The position numbers and the translations under genes are program-made. From Hydrurus foetidus (lineage: Eukaryota): 64,000 bases of DNA. The stretch spans positions 1-64,000 of the forward strand of contig UYFQ01000549.1 in assembly GCA_900617105.1 (NCBI GenBank), given 5' to 3'. Under the pieces are notes generated by a model. It did no database searches. It was not told the origin of the DNA and was given only the letters and a program-made list of their open reading frames with translations. Shown in pieces: positions 23,741 to 37,800 of this stretch (positions within the stretch are counted from its first letter, which is position 1; each line of letters starts with the position of its first letter).

Positions 23741-25984
23741 TTGGAAATCTGCGACCAGAAGATGACCCCTCGGAGCCAGTCATGTGGAGTCAACCATGCA
23801 GAAAGAAGCATATGCTATATTCTATTGTTGTACACAACTCGATTATCTAATCAGAGATCGTGCGTTCACAATTTATACGAATCAAAACATTACGTATATG
23901 AAACAGAATCCTACCTCGATGGTAGCGAGATGGTTCATTGCAATGCAAGAACTTCATTTTATGGTGGTCTTCGTACCTGGCACGTCAAATGCCTTAGCTG
24001 ACGCACTATCACGGCTATGTCCTAATCTGACAGAAATTTCGTTGCCATTACGAACAACGGAATTGGAATTACTTCCAATTTCATCTTCGTCATTCACTGT
24101 ATCAGCTCTGACGACTATCGAGCCTGCGTTACACGAAAAGTTAGAATACATTCATATGTGCCACAATGCGTTTGTTGGTCACAACGGTTTTGACCGTACC
24201 TTACTCGGTTGTTATGTTTACAACAAGTTTGGAAAATCATGAAACAACATGTACGTACGTTCATACAGAACTGTCCGTCTTGTCAAAAGTTGAGTGCAAA
24301 AGATCCTAAGATCAATGCTTCTCACTTCGCAACGTCGAATTATGCTATCTTCGATACGCTAAATGTTGACTATATTGGTCCATTCACAGACAAAGGTTAT
24401 ATCCTTGTCATTATCGGCACATTCACACGATGGACGGAACTGTTCTGGTGTGCAAATGCGGACGCAAAATCTGCTGCTGATTGTTTACTCTCTCATTTTG
24501 GTCGATTTGGATCGCCAAATATGATAAGATCGGATCGAGGATCCCATTTCGCGAACGATTTGATAAAAGATTTCTTAGATCGTTGTGGTACACCACATAA
24601 CTTCACCCTTGCTTACTCGAAACAAGAGAATGCGATTGTTGAAAGAGTCAACAAAGAGGTAAATAGACACCTACAAGGTCTCGTTTTTGATAAACAGACT
24701 ATAGAAGGATATGCTAAGTCAATCCCGTTTGTGCAACGTATCATTAACAGTTCACTTAATAGACGCACTAAAGTTCAGTTAATAGACGCGCATTTATTGT
24801 TCGGAAATAAACTCGACTTGAATCGTGGTATTCTAACACCACACTTAAGTGTAAATACACATTCAAGATCGACATACATTGAAGACTTGATCAGTGTGCA
24901 GGACAAGGTCCTTGATTCGGCTGTTCAAGCTTTAATGTCAGCAGATGCTAAACTCAGCTAAAAGTGCGACCGTGTTCCCTATAGGGACATATGTTTTATG
25001 TCGATATACTGATCGACCGCCAACTCGGTTACACACTACGTGGCATGGTCCGTACCGTGTCATCTCCTATAAACGATCCGAGTATGTCCTTGCAAACCTT
25101 GTTACACACAAAGAACGAAGTGTGCATATTAAAAATTTTATTTTTTTTAATTATGATTCAGAGGTCGATGTACCTGCTGACACTGCTCGTCGTGACTACA
25201 TGGAAATTGTAGTGGAAAAGGTTCTTAAACACTCCGGTGACACAAAGAAACCAACAGCGATGTCATTCCATGTCAAATGGCTTAATTATGATGACACTCA
25301 TAATTCATGGCAGCCGTGGAAAAATCTACGGCTTTGTGAAGCACTCCATGAATATTTAAGGGACAACAAAATGAAGCATTTTATCCCCGAAAACCTTGAG
25401 GTATCAGTCTAAGAAGACTGATCTCGAACGTATTATCTTTTGAAGATTTCGCATAATTTTCCCTCTATGGAGATTCTATGGTTTTAGTCAGTAAAAATCT
25501 GACATAATTACGTATCGAGGCCTCGTGCACATGTACTTATGTACTAGGCACCCACTTTATCTCTTCGACCGACCCACCACAATTTGTATTGATTTTTATT
25601 CTACTTTTATTTTATTTTAGTTTTATTTAATTTTAAGTTTTACATTTTCGAATTCTCATTTTTCTTTTTAATCTTTCTCTATCATCTCTGTATATTTGTA
25701 CGAAAAATGTGGTGGTCGCGTCATAGATTAGCTTTTTTCGGAAAAAGAGATGAGAGGGGGAAATGTGGTCGTACCGGGTATACCGGGCCTACGGGCTGTA
25801 CCGGACCTAGTCACAATCCATCCGATTCATCCGCCCACTGCACACTAACATCCTTGCATACTGCTAGCTAGCTCCAGCCTACTCGTAGAAGTTTACTCTA
25901 GCTTCTATCTTAGCGACTTGTAACTAACTGACACTTCTTTCCTACATCGATCTACCCTCCATCCGAACTACACCTGATAAACGT
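23741..25984 (+). mobile_element. Ty3/Gypsy chromovirus 3' fragment (RNase H end, integrase, GPY/F motif, chromodomain, PPT, start of 3' LTR)
   Basis: QKEAYAIF..ADALSR; HNAFVGH..CPSC; LNVDYIG/IRSDRGSHF/NAIVERVN; WHGPYRV; VEKVLKH..FHVKWLNYDDTHNSWQPWKNL. PPT AAAAAGAGATGAGAGGGGGAAA, then TG at 25764. Frameshifted. Confidence 0.92.
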
Positions 25985-26333
25985 CTAGAAGTTACTCTGA
26001 CGTTGCAGTTCCCGAAGTGTCAGATAGCAGGAGATGAATCAATGCATATGATAAATGAGGTAGTGGTTCATACACTTATACATACAGGACGGATGATAGG
26101 TGATGAGTCTCATACTAAAGGTTACCCGGGTCTACTAAGGCTGTGTTTGAGATACTATAACATAAGCATAGCGTTCGATATGGAAGGCATTGAGGAAGCG
26201 ACTTGACTGTATGCTATTGTGTATTCCTTAAATGCATTTAAACACTAAAATGTGAATTATCTATAATGCTAATTGATGATTAACTTAACGGTATAAACGG
26301 CTGTAACATGCACTTATGGCAGTCGTACGCCGA
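25985..26333 (+). repeat. Dispersed repeat, copy 1 (unclassified, probably TE-derived)
   Basis: Diverged direct copy at 60266-60603 (CTAGAAGTTACTCTGACGTTGCA...GGCAGTCGTA). Confidence 0.8.
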
Positions 26334-27059
26334 TAGCGCTGGATCCCTGGAGAAATTGCTAATCTTCATTTGCCAGATTGCATATATATGTATGTCATGA
26401 GCATTTGATGAGTAGCTGCTAATTTTCTATTGCCTCTTCAGTACTGCGATATGATCAATTAACAGCAGTCAAAGTTACCTAGTTTAGGCACGAAATAGAA
26501 ACATGTGCACATTCTGAAGCATGCTGCATTTGTCATGACAAGTGACGAAAAGTATAGAGCGACATAGTCCCTTGAATTCTTTACAGATGTTAAATTTTCT
26601 TGCCAATTATGATGTCTTCGGAGAGGATCAAGCATATTCGATTCGAGAAAAAAATGGTATTATTTCGCACTATCTAATACTCTCCGGTCCTTTAATCACG
26701 AGAAACCAATCCTTCGTAACTGTTTGTGGATACCATTGTCGTACTTCCTGGCTTACAATCTCACTGGATGGTCTACTAGGTCCCTCCTGCGTACGGTCTC
26801 CTTCTGCAACTTCTACACGATCGCTAGCAGCCGACTCGGCTCAACACGAAAGCTGTGCTGGTGTGAGGTTTAAAGTAATTAAAAATGCAACGTACCATAG
26901 ATTGTTCATGGAGACAGGCGAAAAGATCGCGCTGTCCCGCACAGTCAAACATGGTGTACTTTCACTCTTTTTGATATTCCTGGGTTAAATGGAGCTTAGA
27001 CCGGTGGAGCAGCAACCCCCACACGGCAAAGACGATGAAATGTCATCAAATGTACATAC

Positions 27060-27746
27060 GTGATAACTATGGGACAACATCTGATAAAACTATTATGAAA
27101 TTTGACGGTTTCGTAAAAGAGGTGCGTTACGGGGAAATGTATACTCAGGCAGAATTCAAGTTACAATCTGATGAAAACAATTAGTTAAAAGAAAAAGGAT
27201 TATATCTTTTGGTGGATGGTGGCTATCATAAGTGGAGAATAATGCAATGCCCTATGAAGCATACAAATGAAGAGGATCAATCAAGATGGTCAGAATTCGC
27301 AGAGAGTGTCCGCAAAGACGTAGAATGTGCGTTTGAGATACTAAAGAAAAGGTACCAAATCCTAAAAAAATGCAATAACATGGCATCATAAAAGTGATAT
27401 TGATAATGCAGTGTTTTCCTGTGTTATTCTACACAATATGTTACATGAATACGATAGATATGATCAAAGATGGGAAGCAGAAATTGATAACGCACACAAT
27501 GATGAAGAGGAACAAATATCTTTAGATAAAAGAAGACGAAGAATTGTTAGAAGTACTGAAAACAATTTAGATCATTCTTCTGTTGGATACTTAACTCAAA
27601 ATTTAAATAATATTCAATTCGCTAACTCATTAGATAACGATGTTGAAATTTAAATAATCAATAAACATGATCTCTTTCGTGATAAACTTGTTAAACATCT
27701 CGACCTACAGTACCTCAATTGAAGACTGCGTTGGTTACGAATTTAA
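27060..27746 (+). pseudogene. PIF/Harbinger transposase C-terminal half (plant-transposon-protein type DDE nuclease), decayed
   Basis: GTTSDKTI..FD, YLLVDGGYHKW, ESVRKDVECAFEILKKRYQIL, CVILHNML. Contains stops and a frameshift. Confidence 0.85.
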
Positions 27747-27851
27747 GTATTGTTATAAAAATTACGTAAAATTATAATAAAAATAATAATGAATACTGAA
27801 ATTGTTAATAAAATTAGTATACTTAAGTTAAATTTCCCCCAATTACTATCA

Positions 27852-29774
27852 TTAGTCCGATTCTTCCTCATCACTACCCTCATTATCTGAATCATTTTGT
27901 TTGTCAATAGCATATTGAATTTTCTCCGCCCATAAACCAGTAAGAATATTTAGCTCATCTTCTTCCACAGCGCCTTTTTTTAGTACATACAAATGTTCAA
28001 TATCTTTCAGAGCAGCTTTCATATCGAAACGGTCACGTACAATAATCACCTCGAAGTTTGTTGGATATATCTCATGTAGTACTTCATTAATGTATTCGAA
28101 GTCGTGTCTCTCATAGGGGTTCACAGGCTGGGTTGGTTTATCCGGAGTTCTGGTTCTTGTAGGGTAGAGTTTTACGGGGACCTCTGAGATTTCTTGGAGA
28201 AAAACGCAATGCCTCTAACCTCACTTTGAGCACTATTCTCATAGGATTCGACATTGAAAACCATTGAAGCAGCTCCAATGTCCAATTTCCCAGTGGATAG
28301 TGCCTTGGAATGGCTCTTGATCTCGGGGTGTCATGAGACTGTTTCATGACTGAGATTCAGAAATGACAGTGATTTGGGCCTCAAAAACTTTGTCTTGTGC
28401 TTCAACTTAAATATTCAGAGAATGTTATACTTAGCTTAACTCAGATTCGAAGGAATCAAGTGATAAAAATGACTCACCAAAATTCTCAATTTCGTTACTG
28501 TCATGGTGGTAAGCACTTAGATTACTAGCAGTAGGTTTGACACTAAGGATAGTTGAAGCCACAATCAGAGTTGAGATACTAGGACCTTGAGATGGTTTAG
28601 GAGCTTAAGATGATTGCTCGCGCTGTGCCTTGTTGGCGGCTAGTCTTTTTCTAAGTAGATCCCCCTCATGTAGTAAGAATTCTTTGTAGTAATCGTCAAC
28701 TAAGCTCTTTTCCTCCTCAGATGTAGCATTGGATTGTAGAAGCTGAATGATTCTCAAATTGTGAGAGCTGCTTGCAAGCTCTTGATCTACATGGTGTTAC
28801 TGTCGGTGGAAATTTTGGTAACTGCAGTAGCTACTGATTCGACATATCGTTGATGAGTTCTACCCGGTGGTTTCTTGGACACACGCTTTCTTGGACATAC
28901 GTATCAGTAGGATCTTCGCTAGTAGGCTGATGAACCCAGTGGTCTGTCGGATTCTCAGATTGGATGCCATACAGTATCCAGCCTACCCACTCCTGAGGGT
29001 ACCACGTTTCCCATTCTTCAACAAGGGCTGGTAAAGTTCCCTCACTGATGGAGCTGGGTTCGTCGGCATCTTCCTCGTCTTCATCTTATTCTTTGGACGT
29101 TGCTCTACTCTTACAAGCGTGGAATGCCTTCTTTCTAACCTCCATCAAAATATCTTCCCGATTTCTGTCGGACAGAATTTCCCGCGGACAGAATCTATAA
29201 GGAATTGTGGAGACGGTAAATTAGCCTTCGGCATCAGAAGCCAAAAAGAAGCAAGCTTTGATTAAACTTACTTTCGCCAGAGTGGTGAGAGAGTATTGTT
29301 AATGTATGTCTTCATTGCGCTGTATCTTTTAAGCAATTTGCTCCCGGACAATATATATCTCGATACACTTGTTGCCACGTTGAGAAATTTGAACGGAATG
29401 GCTATCACCCATTTTCTTATGATAGGATCTTGTGTTAGTCTAGTGTAGACTTTTTCAATGTTCTTTGATAAGTTGTCCTCTTGCATCTTTTCAGAGATAA
29501 TTTTGCATTCTTGGAGACCGAGACCACACTTCAATAGAATTAATTCAGATATTTGCTTGATCTCAGATACGTATTTTTTAAAGGCATTCTGCTCCTCAGG
29601 ATTCAGGATAAATAATCTGTCATTCTTCTTCGCTCCATTTCTAATTGTAGGCGGAGTACAGCTGGAAGAAAACGAGGACGTCGCTGATGATGTCGCTGAT
29701 GACGATGACGACGAGGATTGAGATGTATTGTTCTTCTTCACAGCTTTCGCTGGCTTCTTGGAGGCCTTAACCAT
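27852..29774 (-). pseudogene. Putative Harbinger accessory (DNA-binding) gene, convergent with the transposase, decayed
   Basis: LLKRYSAMKTYINNTLSPLW and downstream WYPQEWVGWILYG resemble LWRKYADIKKYVTNGITPFY and WYPTEWEVFLMYG in ORF 62059. Both sit tail-to-tail with a Harbinger-like transposase. The 3' extent is uncertain. Confidence 0.6.
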
Positions 29775-30082
29775 GTTTAAAACGAGTTTAATTGTGATTA
29801 AATAGTGACATATATGAATTCTGGCATGACGTCTATCATGCCGGGAAAGTGGTCTATTTCTGGATGGATTTTCGTATCGATTTCTCAAATTCAAAAAAAT
29901 TTGTAGATGCAAAATTCATTGTCAGTAATCCCGTAAATCCCGTCCAAAATTACCGATTTTTGCCAGGATTATGGATGCTATAAGTAACGGCTACGATGTA
30001 TATATGGATATGATGTATAATATGTCGTTGGACAGGAGTGATAAGAGTACCGGGAGTGATAAGAGTACCATTTTCTACACAC

Positions 30083-30185
30083 ACCACACCCCACACCCCA
30101 CACCCCACACCCCACACCCCACACCCCACACCCCACACCCCACACCCCACACCCCACACCCCACACCCCACACCCCACACCCCAC
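30083..30185. repeat. (CCCCACA)n heptamer microsatellite, ~14 copies
   Basis: Read directly from the sequence. Confidence 0.95.
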
Positions 30186-30250
30186 TGTTGGAGTTTCATT
30201 GTGTGGTGAACCGTTTCTTGTAGAATGTAGGACCGTTCGGTTGGCGTACT

Positions 30251-30290
<40 letters not shown>

Positions 30291-32439
30291 ATACGAAGTG
30301 TTGTACGTTACAGTGCGCATGAAAAGAGTTTCATGCATTCAACACCACTAGTATAGTCATGTTCTGTTTTGTTCTTCTAGAGTAGCGTAGTGCGTCCGAA
30401 TGTTAACTTCGTGGCTAGGTCGAATAGGGACGACAGACACAAGTTAAATTATCAGTTGATTGAACACGTTGAGGTCTTTCATTTCACGGGATTTGCTGAG
30501 TTCTCGTACCGTTCGCACTGAACCGCGAGTGGTCCACACGCGCTGCGAAGTACGGAAATCCGCAACACAATTTAGACATCTGGGCATTCGAGAATGCCTC
30601 CAAAGAAAGCTTCTGTGGCTGCTGTGAAATCCGAACTGAGATGCATCCTCCAGTTCGGCCCGGAAAACAACGTCATCGAGTGGCGCGAGGCCATGTACAA
30701 CATCGCCACCGGGCTGTATGGCACCACAGGAATGTTCTTCCACCTCAGTAGGCCCTACAGATTCCCTCCGATCCAACTGCGAGACTACCATCCGAATTCC
30801 CTCGATCAACCCGCAGCGGCAGAAGGTGCTGCAGCTGACGGTGAAGACGACGGAAACGGTAACGAAACCGACGGCAGCGACGCCAAGACGGTCCAAGGCG
30901 AAAATGAACCCGAAGCCGTGGCAGAGGAGTTCACTGAACAGTTCATCAATAAGCTCAGAGAAGGACTCGAACAACAGCAATCGAACAACAGGTGGTTGAC
31001 GAGTGCAAAATCTGGGCGCCCGCGTGGGATCTTATGTCGCAGGCATCACAGAGCAAGGTCAGGGAAGATCCACGGTTAGAGGCCGCTCGACTTGCCCTCG
31101 ACGCTATCCGGTTATGGAGAATTATCCGGAGATCTCACCTCACTCACATGTTCGGTGATCACGACAATATGACGTCGATTAACCTACACGATCAGTAGTT
31201 GCAATACAACGCACTTCGCCAGGGGGACCGTGAGACCATCGCAGAATTCAAAACAAGATTTGATAATCAGCTTAAGGCCAACAGTGGTGTGGGTATGACC
31301 GACATTGGTGAACCACTACGTGCACTGGATTTCATCAGCAAGTTGGACACAAAAAGGTACAGTAGTGTGCTTACCGTGATGCGCAACAATGCACAAGTGC
31401 TTTCCGCACTGCTTCCACCTGGATCCGTGACGGCGCACTGGTACCCCTCGGCAGCAGTCATCAACACCACTCGACGTTCCTAGCCGATGCTGTACACGTA
31501 ACAAAGGCTAAGGATCCCGAAAAAGGAAAGACCCCCTCGTCAAAGAAGAACAAGGCTCCGTTGGAAAACAAAAAGAGATCGTCACTCGAAAGCATCCTAT
31601 GCTATGTCTGCGGAAAGTTGGGGCACTATGCATGTGACTGCGACGAGAGGAAAGGAGATACAGCACTCTACACCACGACAGAATACATGGATGTTGACGA
31701 AGAAGACAAGAGTGAGTTCGCATTCGTCACAGTGGATTCATTGGTACTATTCTTGCGGTCTCATGTGCTACTCGACAATCAGGCATCTGTTAGTATCTTC
31801 AGCAATCGGGACCTCCTGACAGACGTGAAGCGATCAGAGAACCAGATAATCCTAAACGGAGTACAGTCCGATGCCAAGGGAGTGCGAGTCAACAAAGAAG
31901 GACATTTCAATGAGTTTGGGAACGTCTACTACAGTGAGAAAGCAACTGCTAATATCCTGTCGTTCGCCGCCTTGGTCGATTAGGGAGCTCAGATTCGGTA
32001 CAATCAACGAGAGAGTCGGTTTACTTTGCAACGAAAAAGGAGCGACATCATATACAGCTTCTGCAGACAGAGAATTCCTGGCAGTGAAGGGAGATTCTAT
32101 GTATGTGGCATGAGATCTATGGTGTCTAAGCGAGCTACTAGTCATCCGGCAACAGAACATGCGATGGTCCAAACCGTCTCTGATAACCTGAAGCTCTACA
32201 CCAAGCGAGAAGTGACGTCAGCGAGGAATGCTAGAGAGCTACGCGCTCGGATGGGATATCTGTCGGTCGAAGAAGCTATCGCTATGCTCAGGGATGGCAG
32301 CGACTTCAACGTCACCCAGTACGACTTCCGAGTTGCTGACTCTATATGGGGTAAAGACATTGCATCAATCAAGGGGAAAGCAACGAAGTATAAGTCACCA
32401 TCACCGAGTCTCATACTAACACCGTTAGTTGTTCAGCAG
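30186..32439 (+). mobile_element. Decayed Copia, CoDi-like lineage (copy E): LTR, gag, PR and start of IN, truncated
   Basis: LTR TGTTGG...CAACA (30186-~30567) containing a (TG)n tract. MPPKK gag start, CYVCGKLGHYACDC knuckle, VLLDNQAS protease, YTKREV..AR..SIKGK. Clear homologue of the element at 52839-56498. Many stops. Confidence 0.88.
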
Positions 32440-34384
32440 TGTGGCTCCCTCAGGGTCTGCTACCCCATTCAGCCGATTAGATGCTGTTTCCACATTAGTA
32501 TCTTCGTGTTCACAGCCACGACTATTAGTCACTAGCTAGTTTGTGCTGCTTTGCAGAAGTTACTAGCGTACCTTCCCCTAACTAACGAGTCGCTTCTAGC
32601 CTTTAGATTTCCCTTCTCCTTTGCTCTCCGAGGTCAGAGTAGATCTACTTCCTCTAGTTTCTCTTCTTTAGACTCTATTCTTCCTACTCTAAGCTACCCT
32701 ACTCTGCTGCCATAACTCTCCCTATTACCCTGCGTGGAGAATCTCGAATTCAATTCGAAATTCTCGTTTACGGGCAATTCTTACTGTCGCGAGCAAGTCT
32801 CCGAAGTCTGGTTGCCGTAAACCTAGTCACTCGGATTGAGATTCTGACTACTTTGTGGTTGCTCGAGTTTCATCTCGGCAATCCCATACCATTGTGCAGA
32901 GTTAATCCAGTTAATCTCTACCCATATTTCGCTTCAACCTTTGCTTGATTGACGTCCGTGGATAGCTTTGTCTTCCACGCCGTTATCGTGGTTGGTCGAT
33001 CCCGGCTCATTTTGTACGGATTGATTCATTCATCCGTCCATAACCTCCTTGACTTATTCCACTTCGCCTAAGTGCCTGTTTGATTTTTCATCCAAATGGC
33101 ACAAGGCGAAGCCCTTGCAAAAGTTTTTTGGCGACCCTCGCTACTTAAAATTGTCAAGACATAAGTCATTTAACGATGCCGCCATCCGATGACTCTTCGG
33201 AGATCTCGCCGTCGCTAGCCGAATTCACTGCTCAGTCAGTACCGGCAGCGACGACGGTTACGACAACTCAGTCGACGTCAACAGCGCCAGCAGCAATAGC
33301 TGCGTCTGATCGAACTGACAGACCGGTATTCCCAGGAACAATACTGGGACCTACCAACAGTTCCAATCAGGCGCCGCCTAATCATTCTGACGACACTGAC
33401 GTGCACACAACGCGACAACAAAACAATGTCACGTTGCGTTCGTCAGACGCCAACACAAATCATCAACAGACGCGCCCTACCAGCGATTCTGAACGGGATG
33501 ATGACGACGGTGACACGAACCCTCGCCGCCGTATAGATTCACCCCCCCAACGATTCCTCCGTCGTCAGAGCCAAGACAGTTATGATAACATAACGCGTCG
33601 AGGACATACTTTAGACGGAGACGACGCAGGCGATTATCCACCCACTCCAAATCAACAGAGTGGTAGCGAAGACGGTGGTGACGATAATCGTTACGATAAC
33701 CGTCAACGCAACGATAATAATCAACGTCATTACAACGACGATAATCGAAACAATAACGATTATCAACGTTCTAACGATGATAATCAACGTCACAACGATA
33801 ATCGTCGTAACTACGATGACTCTAACCCTCCCAGGGACAACCGTAATACGGGCCCTTCAAACGGGACGGAGCACCGTAACATCAATCGTCGCGATAGCGA
33901 CGTCTCTATAACGACGATCGTCGCAATGACAAAAATCAATGTCAGAACGATAGTCGTCGTTATGACGACACTTACCGACAGAATGACGATAGTCAAAACT
34001 ACGACAATGAGGGACGTCGCAGTTACGACACCCAGTTCAATGACGATAAGAGACGTCAATACGACGATCGACGCAATAGCGACAATCGTCGCAACGACGA
34101 CAACCCACGTCAAAATGACGGGCGTCGCGATAACGACCATCGTCGACAAGACGACAACCCTAACAAGGATAATCGCAGAGACACCTTCCAACGTCACAAC
34201 GATAACCCCCAAAGGGATAATCGTAATTACGAGGATTCTCGTCGTAATGACAACCCAAATAGAGGGAATTATTCCTCGAATACTCGCAATTTCGATAATT
34301 TTCGCGACAACAACAACGACAACTTCCGTCAGGGAGATAACAACCCCAACAGGAGACTCCGTCGAGAACCCCCACAGGGTTACG
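32440..34384 (+). mobile_element. 5' part of another LTR retrotransposon (LTR, PBS-like TGGCGACC, low-complexity gag N-terminus), cut by the inverted-repeat element
   Basis: Starts TGTGGCTCCC; the first ~150 bp recur at 60903-61050. TTTTTGGCGACC at ~33125-33136 precedes ORF 33176, which is D/N/R-rich with a frameshift at ~33905. Confidence 0.6.
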
Positions 34385-34766
34385 ACCAAAGGTAAGACCA
34401 ATGAATTATCAAATACCGTGAGAGATTTATTTGGATAGAAAAACGAGTATATTTTCAGTATTTACCGATTTTTTTTAAGAACTTTTAAGATGTTTTTAAT
34501 TTATAACTCATTTATTATCTTATTTAATCTTATTTTTCGATACAAAATTTAAGAACCTTTAAGATATTTTTATACACATTATTTTGGATCATTTAAGATT
34601 TTTCTGTATTAAGATTTTACATTTTTACATTTTATTTTTTTGATACAATTTTTACATTTTTATTTTCGGTACAATTTTTTACATTTTTATTTTTCGATAC
34701 AATTTTTACATTTTTTATAATTTATCATTTTTTAAGTTATAAAAATTTTCATTTCTTTTTTAATCC
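34385..34766 (+). repeat. Left long inverted repeat
   Basis: Reverse complement of 50596-50912, with extra copies of an internal TTTTTACATTTT(T)ATTTTTCGATACAA sub-repeat. Confidence 0.92.
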
Positions 34767-34854
34767 TGAATTTTCTCCTTAATGAAGTCCATAAATTTGA
34801 TAAACTTTTATTTCTATAAATTATGATACAAAATGCTAAACATAAATATATAAT

Positions 34855-37800
34855 TTCTGCTCTATTTATGCTGTTAAATTTTTAACTGCCTAATTATTTT
34901 CCAACTTGACTTTTATGTAGTTATTATTACATAATGAAAATTTATTCTGCTCTATTTATGCTGTTAAATTTTTAACTGCCTAATTATTTTCCAACTTGAC
35001 TTTTATGTAGTTATTATTACATAATGAAAATTTATTCTGCTCTATTTATGCTGTTAAATTTTTAACTGCCTAATTATTTTCCAACTTGACTTTTATGTAG
35101 TTATTATTACATAATGAAAATTTATTCTGCTCTAAAATTTTTAACTGCCTAATTATTTTCCAACTTGACTTTTATGTAGTTATTATTACATAATGAAAAT
35201 TTATTCTGCTCTATTTATGCTGTTAAATTTTTAACTGCCTAATTATTTTCCAACTTGACTTTTATGTAGTTATTATTACATAATGAAAATTTATTCTGCT
35301 CTATTTATGCTGTTAAATTTTTAACTGCCTAATTATTTTCCAACTTGACTTTTATGTAGTTATTATTACATAATGAAAATTTATTCTGCTCTATTTATGC
35401 TGTTAAATTTTTAACTGCCTAATTATTTTCCAACTTGACTTTTATGTAGTTATTATTACATAATGAAAATTTATTCTGCTCTATTTATGCTGTTAAATTT
35501 TTAACTGCCTAATTATTTTCCAACTTGACTTTTATGTAGTTATTATTACATAATGAAAATTTATTCTGCTCTATTTATGCTGTTAAATTTTTAACTGCCT
35601 AATTATTTTCCAACTTGACTTTTATGTAGTTATTATTACATAATGAAAATTTATTCTGCTCTATTTATGCTGTTAAATTTTTAACTGCCTAATTATTTTC
35701 CAACTTGACTTTTATGTAGTTATTATTACATAATGAAAATTTATTCTGCTCTATTTATGCTGTTAAATTTTTAACTGCCTAATTATTTTCCAACTTGACT
35801 TTTATGTAGTTATTATTACATAATGAAAATTTATTCTGCTCTATTTATGCTGTTAAATTTTTAACTGCCTAATTATTTTCCAACTTGACTTTTATGTAGT
35901 TATTATTACATAATGAAAATTTATTCTGCTCTATTTATGCTGTTAAATTTTTAACTGCCTAATTATTTTCCAACTTGACTTTTATGTAGTTATTATTACA
36001 TAATGAAAATTTATTCTGCTCTATTTATGCTGTTAAATTTTTAACTGCCTAATTATTTTCCAACTTGACTTTTATGTAGTTATTATTACATAATGAAAAT
36101 TTATTCTGCTCTATTTATGCTGTTAAATTTTTAACTGCCTAATTATTTTCCAACTTGACTTTTATGTAGTTATTATTACATAATGAAAATTTATTCTGCT
36201 CTATTTATGCTGTTAAATTTTTAACTGCCTAATTATTTTCCAACTTGACTTTTATGTAGTTATTATTACATAATGAAAATTTATTCTGCTCTATTTATGC
36301 TGTTAAATTTTTAACTGCCTAATTATTTTCCAACTTGACTTTTATGTAGTTATTATTACATAATGAAAATTTATTCTGCTCTATTTATGCTGTTAAATTT
36401 TTAACTGCCTAATTATTTTCCAACTTGACTTTTATGTAGTTATTATTACATAATGAAAATTTATTCTGCTCTATTTATGCTGTTAAATTTTTAACTGCCT
36501 AATTATTTTCCAACTTGACTTTTATGTAGTTATTATTACATAATGAAAATTTATTCTGCTCTATTTATGCTGTTAAATTTTTAACTGCCTAATTATTTTC
36601 CAACTTGACTTTTATGTAGTTATTATTACATAATGAAAATTTATTCTGCTCTATTTATGCTGTTAAATTTTTAACTGCCTAATTATTTTCCAACTTGACT
36701 TTTATGTAGTTATTATTACATAATGAAAATTTATTCTGCTCTATTTATGCTGTTAAATTTTTAACTGCCTAATTATTTTCCAACTTGACTTTTATGTAGT
36801 TATTATTACATAATGAAAATTTATTCTGCTCTATTTATGCTGTTAAATTTTTAACTGCCTAATTATTTTCCAACTTGACTTTTATGTAGTTATTATTACA
36901 TAATGAAAATTTATTCTGCTCTATTTATGCTGTTAAATTTTTAACTGCCTAATTATTTTCCAACTTGACTTTTATGTAGTTATTATTACATAATGAAAAT
37001 TTATTCTGCTCTATTTATGCTGTTAAATTTTTAACTGCCTAATTATTTTCCAACTTGACTTTTATGTAGTTATTATTACATAATGAAAATTTATTCTGCT
37101 CTATTTATGCTGTTAAATTTTTAACTGCCTAATTATTTTCCAACTTGACTTTTATGTAGTTATTATTACATAATGAAAATTTATTCTGCTCTATTTATGC
37201 TGTTAAATTTTTAACTGCCTAATTATTTTCCAACTTGACTTTTATGTAGTTATTATTACATAATGAAAATTTATTCTGCTCTATTTATGCTGTTAAATTT
37301 TTAACTGCCTAATTATTTTCCAACTTGACTTTTATGTAGTTATTATTACATAATGAAAATTTATTCTGCTCTATTTATGCTGTTAAATTTTTAACTGCCT
37401 AATTATTTTCCAACTTGACTTTTATGTAGTTATTATTACATAATGAAAATTTATTCTGCTCTATTTATGCTGTTAAATTTTTAACTGCCTAATTATTTTC
37501 CAACTTGACTTTTATGTAGTTATTATTACATAATGAAAATTTATTCTGCTCTATTTATGCTGTTAAATTTTTAACTGCCTAATTATTTTCCAACTTGACT
37601 TTTATGTAGTTATTATTACATAATGAAAATTTATTCTGCTCTATTTATGCTGTTAAATTTTTAACTGCCTAATTATTTTCCAACTTGACTTTTATGTAGT
37701 TATTATTACATAATGAAAATTTATTCTGCTCTATTTATGCTGTTAAATTTTTAACTGCCTAATTATTTTCCAACTTGACTTTTATGTAGTTATTATTACA

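Noticed and set aside
29950..30351. ORFs with GVGCGVW / PHTPHPT repeats
   Set aside because: Translations of the heptamer and TG microsatellites.
33905..34438. Thr/Ile-rich mucin-like C-terminus of ORF 33176 and the hydrophobic antisense ORF 33811..34401
   Set aside because: These are shifted-frame and antisense readings of the D/N/R repeat.
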